Below are positions 1 to 8,478 of a stretch of 64,000 nucleotides of DNA, piece by piece (positions within the stretch are counted from its first letter, which is position 1; each line of letters opens with the position of its first letter). The stretch comes from Clostridia bacterium (GTDB lineage: Bacteria > Bacillota > Clostridia > Oscillospirales > CAG-272). A program made the translations under genes and the position numbers. Under the pieces are notes generated by a model. It was given only the letters and a program-made list of their open reading frames with translations, had not been told where the DNA came from and searched no databases. The DNA lies in assembly GCA_017467815.1 (NCBI GenBank), contig JAFUKI010000057.1, forward strand, positions 72,155 through 136,154. Direction: 5' to 3'.

Positions 1-802
1 TGCTTGTTTTTTTGAGAATCACCTTGCTGATGGCACCAAGTCCTATCGAAAACAGCGCTCCGCCCACAAGACAGAGGACCACGTTGATAAGGGTCGAGCC
101 GAGAGGTGTGATCATTCCCACCATCATAAAGAGCAGCATACCGCCGCCAAGGGAACCGCAGATCGAGAGCCACGCCTTATGTTTTGCTGCAATACTGATG
201 AGAGTGAAAATTGATACAAACACAAGCATTAAAAATATCTTTGCCAGTATACACATAACCAGGTTTCCTGCGGTCAGTCCGCGCAGATCAAACGAAAGCC
301 CCGCAATCGCACCGCCGAGAACTGCGCCGATAAAGTAGAAGATCAGCATCAGCGCACCGCAAACGAAGCCGGCGAGTGTTTTTGAAATCACATACTCACT
401 GCGCTTGGCACGAACTGTAAAGAGATTCTTGGCATAGCCGCTTCTGAAGTCATCGGCAATGAACAATCCCACAAATACGCATACACCCATAAACATCATG
501 TTGATATTGCACATACCGAACACGTCCATGCCGCCCATGGATTCACCGCCGGGCAGTGTGCCGATATTCTGCCAGGTGTTCTCCGGTCCCACCATAACAG
601 TTTCAGCTCCGGTTTGGGGATCAACAGATACAGACCCATCCATCATTGTCATCATCACCGTCATAAGGATCGGCATTACGAGTGCGACGGCAAGAATGAT
701 GTAAAAGAGTCTTGATCTGAACATTCGCTTAAAATCCACCGTCAGCATACTTTTTATACGCTGTGCAAAGCAGACGGGTTCAAATTTCACCGATCTTTCC
801 AT
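1..802 (-). CDS. ABC-2 type transporter permease (3' end cut by window edge)
   Basis: Not in the ORF track because it runs off the window. The reverse frame is open from ATG at 802 to position 1. Translation MERSVKFEPVCFAQRIKSMLTVDFKRMFRSRLFYIILAVALVMPIL... is a multi-TM protein paralogous to the 1718..2554 permease (DDFRSGYAKNLF vs HDYKSGYVKQLF). Its start overlaps the upstream ATPase stop by 16 nt. Confidence 0.7.
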   Translation of the reverse strand, partial: MERSVKFEPVCFAQRIKSMLTVDFKRMFRSRLFYIILAVALVMPILMTVMMTMMDGSVSVDPQTGAETVMVGPENTWQNIGTLPGGESMGGMDVFGMCNINMMFMGVCVFVGLFIADDFRSGYAKNLFTVRAKRSEYVISKTLAGFVCGALMLIFYFIGAVLGGAIAGLSFDLRGLTAGNLVMCILAKIFLMLVFVSIFTLISIAAKHKAWLSICGSLGGGMLLFMMVGMITPLGSTLINVVLCLVGGALFSIGLGAISKVILKKTS

Positions 803-1704
803 TCTCTCTTACCTCCGTTCATCAGGTCTATATAATACTCCTCAAGTCCGATCCTGTCCGTTCTGATCTCAGTCACGCAGACGCCGTTTCCGTAAAGATA
901 CGACACGATCTCCTCAGGAGTCGTCAGGTCATACACACGGATGTACCCCGCTTCGTCTGCCTCCACTCTGGAATACCGGCAGCTGAGAAGACTTTTCGTT
1001 CTGCCCATTTCTTCGCTTTGCAGAGCAACGTATGTACGGCAGCTTGCGTCCAGTTCATCAGCGGTCATCTCCACGATCATTTTACCGTGGCGGATGATAC
1101 CGTAGTGCGTCGCCACCTTTTGAAGCTCGCCGAGAAGGTGGGAAGAAACAATGATAGATCGTGTTCCATCCTTTACGATATCGGCAAACACTTCACGCAT
1201 AATACGCATACCGTCCGCATCAAGACCGTTGAGAGGTTCGTCAAGCACAAGAAGGACGGGATCGCCCAAAAGTGCCATAGCGATACCCACTCTCTGCTTC
1301 ATACCAAGGGAGCAGTTCTTATACCTGTTCCCTGCCGCGCCCTCCATTCTGACGGTTTTGAGAACATGGATTACTTCCTTTTCCGCATTCGGGATTGAGA
1401 GATTCGCCGCCTGGAGCATCATGTTATCCCAGACGGTAAGTCCGGGGAAGCATCCGGGGGACTCGATCAGCACGCCCAGCTTTGCTCTGACGTCAGCGTC
1501 GGTGTGATCCTTGCCGTAAAGTTTGATGGATCCGCCGCTTTTGGGAATCAGACCGCAGATCATCTTCTCCGTGGTAGACTTGCCCGATCCGTTCTCGCCG
1601 ATAAAACCGTAGACAGCACCCATTGGCACAGTCATATTCAGTCCGCATACCGCTTGCTTCGCACCAAAGTTTTTTGATAAATTCTTTATTTCAACTGCAT
1701 TCAT
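787..1704 (-). CDS. ABC transporter ATP-binding protein (ABC-2/bacitracin-lantibiotic-export-like)
   Basis: Walker A GENGSGKST, signature SLGMKQR, Walker B LLVLDEP. Start moved to MNAVEIKNL (ATG 1704), which is preceded by AAGGAGG; the track start at 1794 would overlap the upstream permease. Confidence 0.9.
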   Translation of the reverse strand: MNAVEIKNLSKNFGAKQAVCGLNMTVPMGAVYGFIGENGSGKSTTEKMICGLIPKSGGSIKLYGKDHTDADVRAKLGVLIESPGCFPGLTVWDNMMLQAANLSIPNAEKEVIHVLKTVRMEGAAGNRYKNCSLGMKQRVGIAMALLGDPVLLVLDEPLNGLDADGMRIMREVFADIVKDGTRSIIVSSHLLGELQKVATHYGIIRHGKMIVEMTADELDASCRTYVALQSEEMGRTKSLLSCRYSRVEADEAGYIRVYDLTTPEEIVSYLYGNGVCVTEIRTDRIGLEEYYIDLMNGGKREWKDR

Positions 1705-1717
1705 CTTCCCTGCCTCC

Positions 1718-2554
1718 TTAATATACATCGCTCTTTGAGAGGATCTTCGTGCCGAGTACGTTATAGAAAACCGCCCAGGCTGCGGAAACTGCAATGCAGG
1801 TAAGGAGTGTTCCCACGTTGCTTACAAGGCAGGCATTCACTGATGAGCCGTAAAGGAACAGGTTCAGAAAAGCCGTGGGAAGGGAGAGATTCTCAACGAT
1901 TGCAGCAACACCGATAATGAGAATCCCGGTTCCGAAGAAGAAGCTGGAGGCTATGGAAATTCCGAAATATCTTCTGAATATGATGTTGAGGAAGGTATAA
2001 AGGCTTGCCCAGCCGAGAGACATTATCATCTTCCCGAGAATAGCGATAATAAGGGAACCGGCGCTGACGGCTGTTTCATAACCAACGAGCAATCCCCCAA
2101 CCGTACCGCCGATGAAATAAGTCAGGCACATACACGCCATAGCAAAGGCACAGACAAGACTCTTTGAGATCATATAGTCCTGTTTCTTTGCATGAGTGGT
2201 GAAGAGCTGCTTGACATAGCCTGATTTATAGTCATGACCAATGAAAATCGACACCATAATACCGCCGAAGATGAATACCATATTCATATTGGCGTAATCG
2301 GCAATACTGCGGATCACATAAAGAGGCTCGGATGCGGCAATGATCTGCCACACATTGGAGTAGAGGGGTTCCATTGTATTGCCCTGCTGGTCGGGCATCA
2401 TCGTCATGGCTGACACCATCGCAGGAATGATTGCCGCAATTACAAGGAAGATATAGAACATTGGCGTGTGGAACAGTCGGTAAAAGTCCACGCCCAGCAT
2501 ACCCTTGATACGTTTTGTAAAGGTGGGGGACTCAAACTTCAATTCTTTTGTCAT
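1718..2554 (-). CDS. ABC-2 type transporter permease
   Basis: 278-aa hydrophobic multi-TM ORF lying directly between two ABC ATPase genes. Paralogue of the truncated gene at 1..802. Confidence 0.8.
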   Translation of the reverse strand: MTKELKFESPTFTKRIKGMLGVDFYRLFHTPMFYIFLVIAAIIPAMVSAMTMMPDQQGNTMEPLYSNVWQIIAASEPLYVIRSIADYANMNMVFIFGGIMVSIFIGHDYKSGYVKQLFTTHAKKQDYMISKSLVCAFAMACMCLTYFIGGTVGGLLVGYETAVSAGSLIIAILGKMIMSLGWASLYTFLNIIFRRYFGISIASSFFFGTGILIIGVAAIVENLSLPTAFLNLFLYGSSVNACLVSNVGTLLTCIAVSAAWAVFYNVLGTKILSKSDVY

Positions 2555-2555
2555 T

Positions 2556-3470
2556 TCACATATCCTCCTTTACTGTATCCGATGCGGACATCAGTTCAAT
2601 ATAGTATTCTTCCAGTCCGATCTTGTTCTTCTTTATTTCGCTAACAATGTGTCCGTTTTTCATCAAGTGATCCACAATGGCGGCAGTATCATCCACGTCG
2701 TACACACGGATATATTCGCCCTCCCTGCGTACGTCAGCAAACCGTTTCGCAAGCACGTTCTTTGCGCCAGCCATATCCTTCGTTTTGAGTGAAACAAACA
2801 CCTGCACTCTTGTATCCATTTCCGCAGCAGACAATTCCATTATCATCCTGCCCTGACGGATAATGCCGTAATGGGTTGCGATCTTTTCAAGTTCTCCCAG
2901 TATGTGGGAAGAGATCAGCACGGTACAGCCGTAATTCTTCGTAATATCCACAAGGATCTCCCGCATAATTCTCATACCGTCGGTGTCAAGTCCGTTGATG
3001 GGTTCGTCTAAAATGAGAAGCGCAGGGTCGCCGAGAAGCGCCATTGCAATACCGATTCTCTGCTTCATACCGAGAGAACAGCTCTTGAATTTCAGATTTG
3101 CATGCTCCTCCATACGAACAATGCGAAGCACGCGCGCGATCTCCTCGTCGCTTTTTTCAAGTCCGAGATTGATGGTCTGCATACGAAGATTCTGATATAT
3201 ACTTGCGTTCGGGAAGCAGCCTGCGTTCTCAATCAGGGCACCTACACGGACTCGCACCCCCGGGTCGTCGTTGTCTCTGCCGAACAGCTTGATCTCACCG
3301 CATTCGGGAACAAGGTGTCCGCAGATCAGCTTCATTGTAGTGGACTTGCCGGAGCCGTTCTCGCCGATGAAGCCGTATATCGCGCCTTGGGGAACGGTCA
3401 TATCGAGGTGGTCCACCGCATACATCCCGCGAAAGCTTTTGGACAAACCTCTTATTTCAATAGCGTTCAT
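2556..3470 (-). CDS. ABC transporter ATP-binding protein (paralogue of 787..1704)
   Basis: Walker A GENGSGKST, signature SLGMKQR, Walker B LLILDEP. GGAGG lies upstream of ATG 3470. Same domain layout and long collinear similarity to 787..1704. Confidence 0.9.
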   Translation of the reverse strand: MNAIEIRGLSKSFRGMYAVDHLDMTVPQGAIYGFIGENGSGKSTTMKLICGHLVPECGEIKLFGRDNDDPGVRVRVGALIENAGCFPNASIYQNLRMQTINLGLEKSDEEIARVLRIVRMEEHANLKFKSCSLGMKQRIGIAMALLGDPALLILDEPINGLDTDGMRIMREILVDITKNYGCTVLISSHILGELEKIATHYGIIRQGRMIMELSAAEMDTRVQVFVSLKTKDMAGAKNVLAKRFADVRREGEYIRVYDVDDTAAIVDHLMKNGHIVSEIKKNKIGLEEYYIELMSASDTVKEDM

Positions 3471-3491
3471 TTGTTCTTCCTCCTTCTGATA

Positions 3492-5054
3492 TTACAGCAT
3501 TGGTGCAAATATTCTGACTACCGCGCGGATGAACCTCTGCAGCAGGTTCGTTTTCAGCATATCGGGTGTAACCTCGATACTTCTCCCGAAGGTGTCTTCC
3601 ATATCCGCCTTCAGATTCCCCATCGACTCACATTTGTACATCCATACCCCGTTTTCAAAGTGATGGACAAGACTGCGGTAATCAAGGTTGATCGTACCGA
3701 TCATTGCGTATTTGTCATCAACAAGATAACTCTTGGCATGAATAAATCCGGGCGTGTATTCGTATATCCTGACCCCCGCCGCCATAAGCCTGTGATAAAA
3801 GCTGCGGGTCATGCCAAATACGAGCTTTTTGTCGGGAATGTGCGGAACAATAATGCGCACGTCAACACCACGGAGTGCCGCGTTTTCAAGATCGGTGCAC
3901 AGATCATTGTCGATGATCAGATACGGTGAAGTCATCCAGGCATACTGTGCAGCGGCGGAGAGCATATTCTGGATCACGCACTTGCCTACCCTGCGCTCAT
4001 AGATCGGGTGGGGACCGTCACCGAAGGGAATCATATAACCCGATTCGTTCAGCGGAACTGCGGGATACAAGTCATCTCTGACGGTCGGTGTTTTCTTCAC
4101 GTTGATCCCGAAATCCACCAGAAACAGCCTGGTAAGCTCCCATACAGCTTCTCCCTCAAGGCGGATGGCGGTGTCCTTCCAATGCCCGAAACGCACAATT
4201 TCGTTTATGTATTCGTCCGCGATATTTACGCCGCCCGTATAACCGATCCTGCCGTCAATAACCGTGATCTTGCGGTGACTCCGGTTGTTGAATTCACTGT
4301 CGGCATTGCCTCTCAGTCTTGAAAAAGGCGCAGCCTCAATGCCCAACTTCCGCAGGGTCTTATGATAATCCCCGGGAAGCGTTGCCATACAGCCGATGTC
4401 GTCGTAGAGAACCTTGACTTCAACGCCCGCCTCAGCCTTGCGCTTCAGGATCTCCAAAACCGAGTTCCAGAACTTGCCTTCCTCGATGATGAAGTATTCC
4501 ATATAGATGAACTTCTCTGCCGCTTCCAAGTCCTCAAGCATACGGCGGTACATATCCTCGCCAAGGGGAAAATACTCCTGTTTGGTATTCGTGAACAGGT
4601 GTGTATCCGCAATGTTCATCAGCATTCTCGCCTGTGCCGCGGCTGCCAGGCTTTCTTCCCGAAGAATATGCAGAAGCTCGCTGTCGTCTTTCTTGTAGCC
4701 GCGGCTTCGCATTTCGTTCAACCGTCTGATGAACTTCTTCTGGAGCGTTCTCGAATAAAACATAAAGTACAGCATGAACCCTGCCAGCGGAACGATCAGC
4801 ACAAACAGAAGCCACGGAACCTTATAATCCGGGTTATCATCGGAGGCAATAATACGGATAACGCAGAATATTTCCGTTGCCCACGCCGCCAGATAAAAAT
4901 ACGGAACGTAATAGCACAGCGCGATCACGATACCGATTACGGCAAGGATCTCCAAAAGGGTAATAAGAACAGCGGCGATGTAGCGGAAGGGGATATAGTT
5001 AATCTCCCGCTCCACGGTTTTATCGTACACATCGTAGCGAAGCTTCCTTTTCAT
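3492..5054 (-). CDS. cls: cardiolipin synthase (phospholipase D family)
   Basis: N-terminal TM helices plus two HKD motifs (HRKITVIDG and HAKSYLVDD). 520 aa. Confidence 0.9.
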   Translation of the reverse strand: MKRKLRYDVYDKTVEREINYIPFRYIAAVLITLLEILAVIGIVIALCYYVPYFYLAAWATEIFCVIRIIASDDNPDYKVPWLLFVLIVPLAGFMLYFMFYSRTLQKKFIRRLNEMRSRGYKKDDSELLHILREESLAAAAQARMLMNIADTHLFTNTKQEYFPLGEDMYRRMLEDLEAAEKFIYMEYFIIEEGKFWNSVLEILKRKAEAGVEVKVLYDDIGCMATLPGDYHKTLRKLGIEAAPFSRLRGNADSEFNNRSHRKITVIDGRIGYTGGVNIADEYINEIVRFGHWKDTAIRLEGEAVWELTRLFLVDFGINVKKTPTVRDDLYPAVPLNESGYMIPFGDGPHPIYERRVGKCVIQNMLSAAAQYAWMTSPYLIIDNDLCTDLENAALRGVDVRIIVPHIPDKKLVFGMTRSFYHRLMAAGVRIYEYTPGFIHAKSYLVDDKYAMIGTINLDYRSLVHHFENGVWMYKCESMGNLKADMEDTFGRSIEVTPDMLKTNLLQRFIRAVVRIFAPML

Positions 5055-5107
5055 TATGTACCTCCATACAGACCTGCAGCGAGGTACATAAATGCACCTC
5101 GCCCACG

Positions 5108-5503
5108 TTATGAATTCAGCTTTTCACCCGAAAGTTCGGCAGTCAATGCAAGGATCCTCGGCGTGAGTTTCTCCTTGGTCCTGCCGAAAATTCTGCGGTA
5201 CACGGGATAAGCCGCAAACATGCCTGCCATACCGCAAATTCCGAGAAACACGCCGAGTGCCATAAGATATGTGCCGCCGCCAATAACCTCCATAGCAAGG
5301 CACATACCAACGCCAAACACAAGGGAGCCGCCAATGCCTGTGCAAAGTGATTCGACGATTCCGGATCTCTGTACCGTATTGTCCAGACGCTTCAGCTCTT
5401 CCAGCTTGCTTTCCTCACGGGGAAGATATTTGCGGCGGATCTCCTCGATTTCCTTGGTCTCCCTGGCAGAGTATTTATATATAAAGGTTGTTTCCTGCTC
5501 CAT
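5108..5503 (-). CDS. hypothetical membrane protein (charged N-terminal half, two C-terminal TM helices)
   Basis: 131-aa ORF with a coiled, charged N-terminus (REESKLEELKRLD) followed by Gly-rich hydrophobic segments. Co-directional with its neighbours. Confidence 0.6.
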   Translation of the reverse strand: MEQETTFIYKYSARETKEIEEIRRKYLPREESKLEELKRLDNTVQRSGIVESLCTGIGGSLVFGVGMCLAMEVIGGGTYLMALGVFLGICGMAGMFAAYPVYRRIFGRTKEKLTPRILALTAELSGEKLNS

Positions 5504-5529
5504 TGTTTCCTCACTGCATTTGGGGGGGA

Positions 5530-5745
5530 TTATTTGTCACCGGAGAGTCTTTTTTTAGCCTCTTCCACGGTCTCACCATCCTTGGCAAAAACCTTTTCGA
5601 TAATTTTATCATTCACTTTCTGGAAGCCTTCAACGGCACCGTTTTCGATTTTCTTGTAACCCTCTACAACGCCGTCCTCGATCTTCTTGTAACCTTCAAC
5701 TACCTTTTCTGCGATCTTTTCGTTTACTTCTGCAAATTTTGCCAT
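5530..5745 (-). CDS. small hydrophilic repeat protein (3 x ~11-aa VEGYKKIE-type repeats)
   Basis: 71-aa ORF MAKFAEVNEKIAEKVVEGYKKIEDGVVEGYKKIENGAVEGFQKVNDK...; GGAGAA lies upstream of the ATG. Confidence 0.55.
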   Translation of the reverse strand: MAKFAEVNEKIAEKVVEGYKKIEDGVVEGYKKIENGAVEGFQKVNDKIIEKVFAKDGETVEEAKKRLSGDK

Positions 5746-5839
5746 TTTCTATTCTCCTTTTCAGTTTATGAGCATATTATAGTCTGTCAATGTTTTTGCG
5801 ATGTTGGAGAAATGTTTGCGTTTTGTTAAAAAACAATTT

Positions 5840-5884
5840 CAGCTGCGGCCAACTCTGGTCAACCGCAGCTGATTCATTATTTGT
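5840..5884. repeat. 45-nt hairpin repeat, copy A (CAGCTGCGG-N17-CCGCAGCTG + ATTCATnATTTGT)
   Basis: 9-bp stem. 38/45 identical to copy B at 8304..8348, including an uninterrupted 20-mer GTCAACCGCAGCTGATTCAT. Confidence 0.7.
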
Positions 5885-5954
5885 TTGTTATTGGCAACCT
5901 TGCAGAAAAGATTTCACCGAAGTCCCAGTGATTTCAGATATGTATGACTTTTTT

Positions 5955-6257
5955 TCAGGCAGTCAAACGGATTCTCACCATAACAGGTATCCTGTATTTC
6001 AGCCAACAAAAGTCCAGTGTGAAGCCCATCAGGGAAGCCGGGATTTCGTCTGACAGAAATTCCATAATGCTTCTTCCGTCCGCACACTTGCTTTCATATT
6101 CCCAGCTGTGGTTATGATACATCAGTTTTTTTGCAGCTGCTGTCATCATAATGGGTAATCCCACAGGTGAGTTCCGCATTCTTCTGCAGTGTCTCCTGCA
6201 GGTCCTTCAAAGACCGGCAAAGTCATAAACGGTAAATAACTGGGCACCAACACGCAT
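5955..6257 (-). pseudogene. decayed remnant of a gene downstream of the Gfo/Idh/MocA gene (possibly xylose-isomerase-like TIM barrel)
   Basis: Intact AAGGAGA RBS and ATG at 6257 give MRVGAQLFTVYDFAGL, then a stop after 16 codons. A different frame continues as the 74-aa ORF 5955..6179. The N-terminus resembles the MKxGxQLYTxRD starts of sugar phosphate isomerase/epimerases (from memory). Confidence 0.3.
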
Positions 6258-6269
6258 ATGTATTTCTCC

Positions 6270-7322
6270 TTATCGTGTACATTTGTTTTCAAATATGGTT
6301 CCTTTTTTTACATTTTCGATGACATCAATAACCTTAGCTGCCTGATCCAGTGTAACGGGGAACGCCTTCCCATACCGTATGGTTTCATAAAGCGAATCCC
6401 AGATTCTATCGGTACCGTCTCCAAAGGGAACATCTTCTTCACACCAATGCAGTGCTTCCCTGTTGCCGAAACCGGTTCCCGTCCCCGGTGTTGCAGGATC
6501 TACCCGGACCGGTGTAAGTGCAACAGAAGGATCCAGATATCTCAGATGGAAGGTATACCCATCGGATACCATGGCTCCCTTTGAACCGTAAATCAGATAT
6601 TCCGGTGTGGGAAGTGCGGCACCGCCGGAGATCTCCATATCTACAATTCTGCCGTTGACACCGGTAAACACAATCTTAATATGATCCTCACAGTCCCCTG
6701 CAGCAGCCACGTGTTTGATGGAGGAATACATATCCGCATAATCACCGCCGCAGAATCTGAGAGAGTGATCGATAATATGGGGTCCCCAGTTCAAAAGCTG
6801 TCCGCCGCCGTATGCAGAGATGGTCTGCCAGTCATTCCGACGCTGATAACCGTTTCTGGTCAGCTTGATCTCATATACATCGCCAAGCTTTCCGGAATCA
6901 ATGATCCGCATAGCGGTTTCAAAACCATCTTCAAACCGTCTGTTGTGTCGGATATACAGATGGGGACCGCCGGGTTCGCTGCCGAGTGCGATCAGTTCTC
7001 TTGCCTGCTGAGAGGACATGGCGAACGGTTTTTCCAGAAACACATCCTTACCTGCCAGCAGTGCCATTTTTGCGTGCGCAAAGTGATCGGCAGACCGGGT
7101 TGCGATTGTCACCAGTTCCACCTCGGGGTCTTTCAGTAAATCTTCGATTACGGTGTATGGACGGCTTCCGAATTCTTCCACAAACGGCGTTGTCCTTTCT
7201 TCGATACAGTCGCATACAGCTGTGAAATGAAACTTGTCACTTTTCGACCGAAGTTCATTACGATGCATTCCGTTTCCGGCTCTGCCGAGACCGATCAAAC
7301 CGATACGGATAGGTTCAGTCAT
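6270..7322 (-). CDS. Gfo/Idh/MocA family oxidoreductase
   Basis: N-terminal Rossmann motif IRIGLIGLGRAG. 350 aa, with the typical family length and C-terminal alpha/beta domain. Confidence 0.9.
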   Translation of the reverse strand: MTEPIRIGLIGLGRAGNGMHRNELRSKSDKFHFTAVCDCIEERTTPFVEEFGSRPYTVIEDLLKDPEVELVTIATRSADHFAHAKMALLAGKDVFLEKPFAMSSQQARELIALGSEPGGPHLYIRHNRRFEDGFETAMRIIDSGKLGDVYEIKLTRNGYQRRNDWQTISAYGGGQLLNWGPHIIDHSLRFCGGDYADMYSSIKHVAAAGDCEDHIKIVFTGVNGRIVDMEISGGAALPTPEYLIYGSKGAMVSDGYTFHLRYLDPSVALTPVRVDPATPGTGTGFGNREALHWCEEDVPFGDGTDRIWDSLYETIRYGKAFPVTLDQAAKVIDVIENVKKGTIFENKCTR

Positions 7323-7562
7323 ACAAATACCTCCCTGAGTGATACATTTCTTTGATCTTTGCAGTTACTGCGTAAACATGACGGATAGCGTGATATTGTT
7401 ATGAAATATCCCAAATATCTTTTTCCTTTTGTATCTTGTACACAAAAACAAAATGTGATATAATAAATTATAAAAGATTTATCTTCTGTTGTCAACTATA
7501 CATATGAACGCTATTGCTCATCAGATTTATCTTAAACAACGATTCTCAATAGAGGGTATCCT

Positions 7563-8336
7563 ATGAATGTAATCTATTTCACAAGAACCAAACTGCGGAA
7601 GGTGGCAGCACTTCCCGATCAGACACTTTATTATATTGACATCACCATTGTATTGAATGGCGTCATGAGATACAGTCTCAATGATGATGAAGTTGAATTG
7701 CATGCAGGAGACATGATTGTTTTCAAAAAAGGGGATGTCAGGAACCGGAAAGAGGGCAGTTCCGCAGAATACTGCAGTTTTAATGTACTATTGGATGAAA
7801 ACGATATTCTGCCCATATTCAGCGGAGTCCTGCGAAACCAGGTGAACGAGGAAATAAAAACACTGCTTTGTTTATACGAAACATACAGTACCAGTTATTC
7901 CGGGTACGCTGAGGATAAAAGCAGGTATTGTTTTCTGATTCTGTACCATACTCTGTATGAGATGTCGAAGACGCCCCGGGAAAACGGATATATTGTTCAG
8001 ATAAAACAGTATATTGCCGAACATATCCATGAACCGATTACTGTGTCTCAGGTCAGCAAATGTGTTTTTTTATCTCCGAATTACTGCAATTCGTTTTTCA
8101 AGAATCACACAGGTCAGAATATCAACGAATATATCCGTAAAGTGAAAATGGCAAAAGCGCAGTCTATGATCATCAATACAAAAGATCCCCTGAAAGAAAT
8201 CGCTGTTTCATTGGGGTATAAACAATACAGTTATTTTACCAAGGTATTTACCCAGGAATTTCATGTATCACCAGCCGAATACAGAAAAAACAGCGACGTA
8301 TTACAGCTGCGGCAGGCTGCAGTCAACCGCAGCTGA
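7563..8336 (+). CDS. AraC family transcriptional regulator
   Basis: Cupin-like N-terminal half and C-terminal double HTH (VSQVSKCVFLSPNYCNSFFKNHTGQNINEYIRKVKMAKA...). Divergent from the oxidoreductase gene. Confidence 0.85.
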   Translation: MNVIYFTRTKLRKVAALPDQTLYYIDITIVLNGVMRYSLNDDEVELHAGDMIVFKKGDVRNRKEGSSAEYCSFNVLLDENDILPIFSGVLRNQVNEEIKTLLCLYETYSTSYSGYAEDKSRYCFLILYHTLYEMSKTPRENGYIVQIKQYIAEHIHEPITVSQVSKCVFLSPNYCNSFFKNHTGQNINEYIRKVKMAKAQSMIINTKDPLKEIAVSLGYKQYSYFTKVFTQEFHVSPAEYRKNSDVLQLRQAAVNRS

Positions 8337-8348
8337 TTCATGATTTGT
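8304..8348. repeat. 45-nt hairpin repeat, copy B
   Basis: Same element as 5840..5884. It supplies the last ~10 codons (LQLRQAAVNRS) and the stop codon of the AraC gene. Confidence 0.7.
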
Positions 8349-8478
8349 AACGGTATGGGCATAAGCTGCCATACAAGAGCGGGATCACTATTATCCGTAA
8401 ATTCCCTCCATATACTTGAAAATATGCCGGATTTATGACATAATAGATTATATAATTGAAACCAAGGAGCGAAGAGTT

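Noticed and set aside
12-704. Plus-strand ORFs 12..338 and 459..704 at the window start
   Set aside because: They are antisense to the truncated ABC-2 permease (1..802, minus strand), whose translation is a clear paralogue of 1718..2554.
5955-6179. 74-aa minus-strand ORF treated as an independent gene
   Set aside because: There is no RBS. It sits in the second frame of a region whose first frame begins with an intact RBS and ATG but stops after 16 codons, so it is better explained as a pseudogene fragment.
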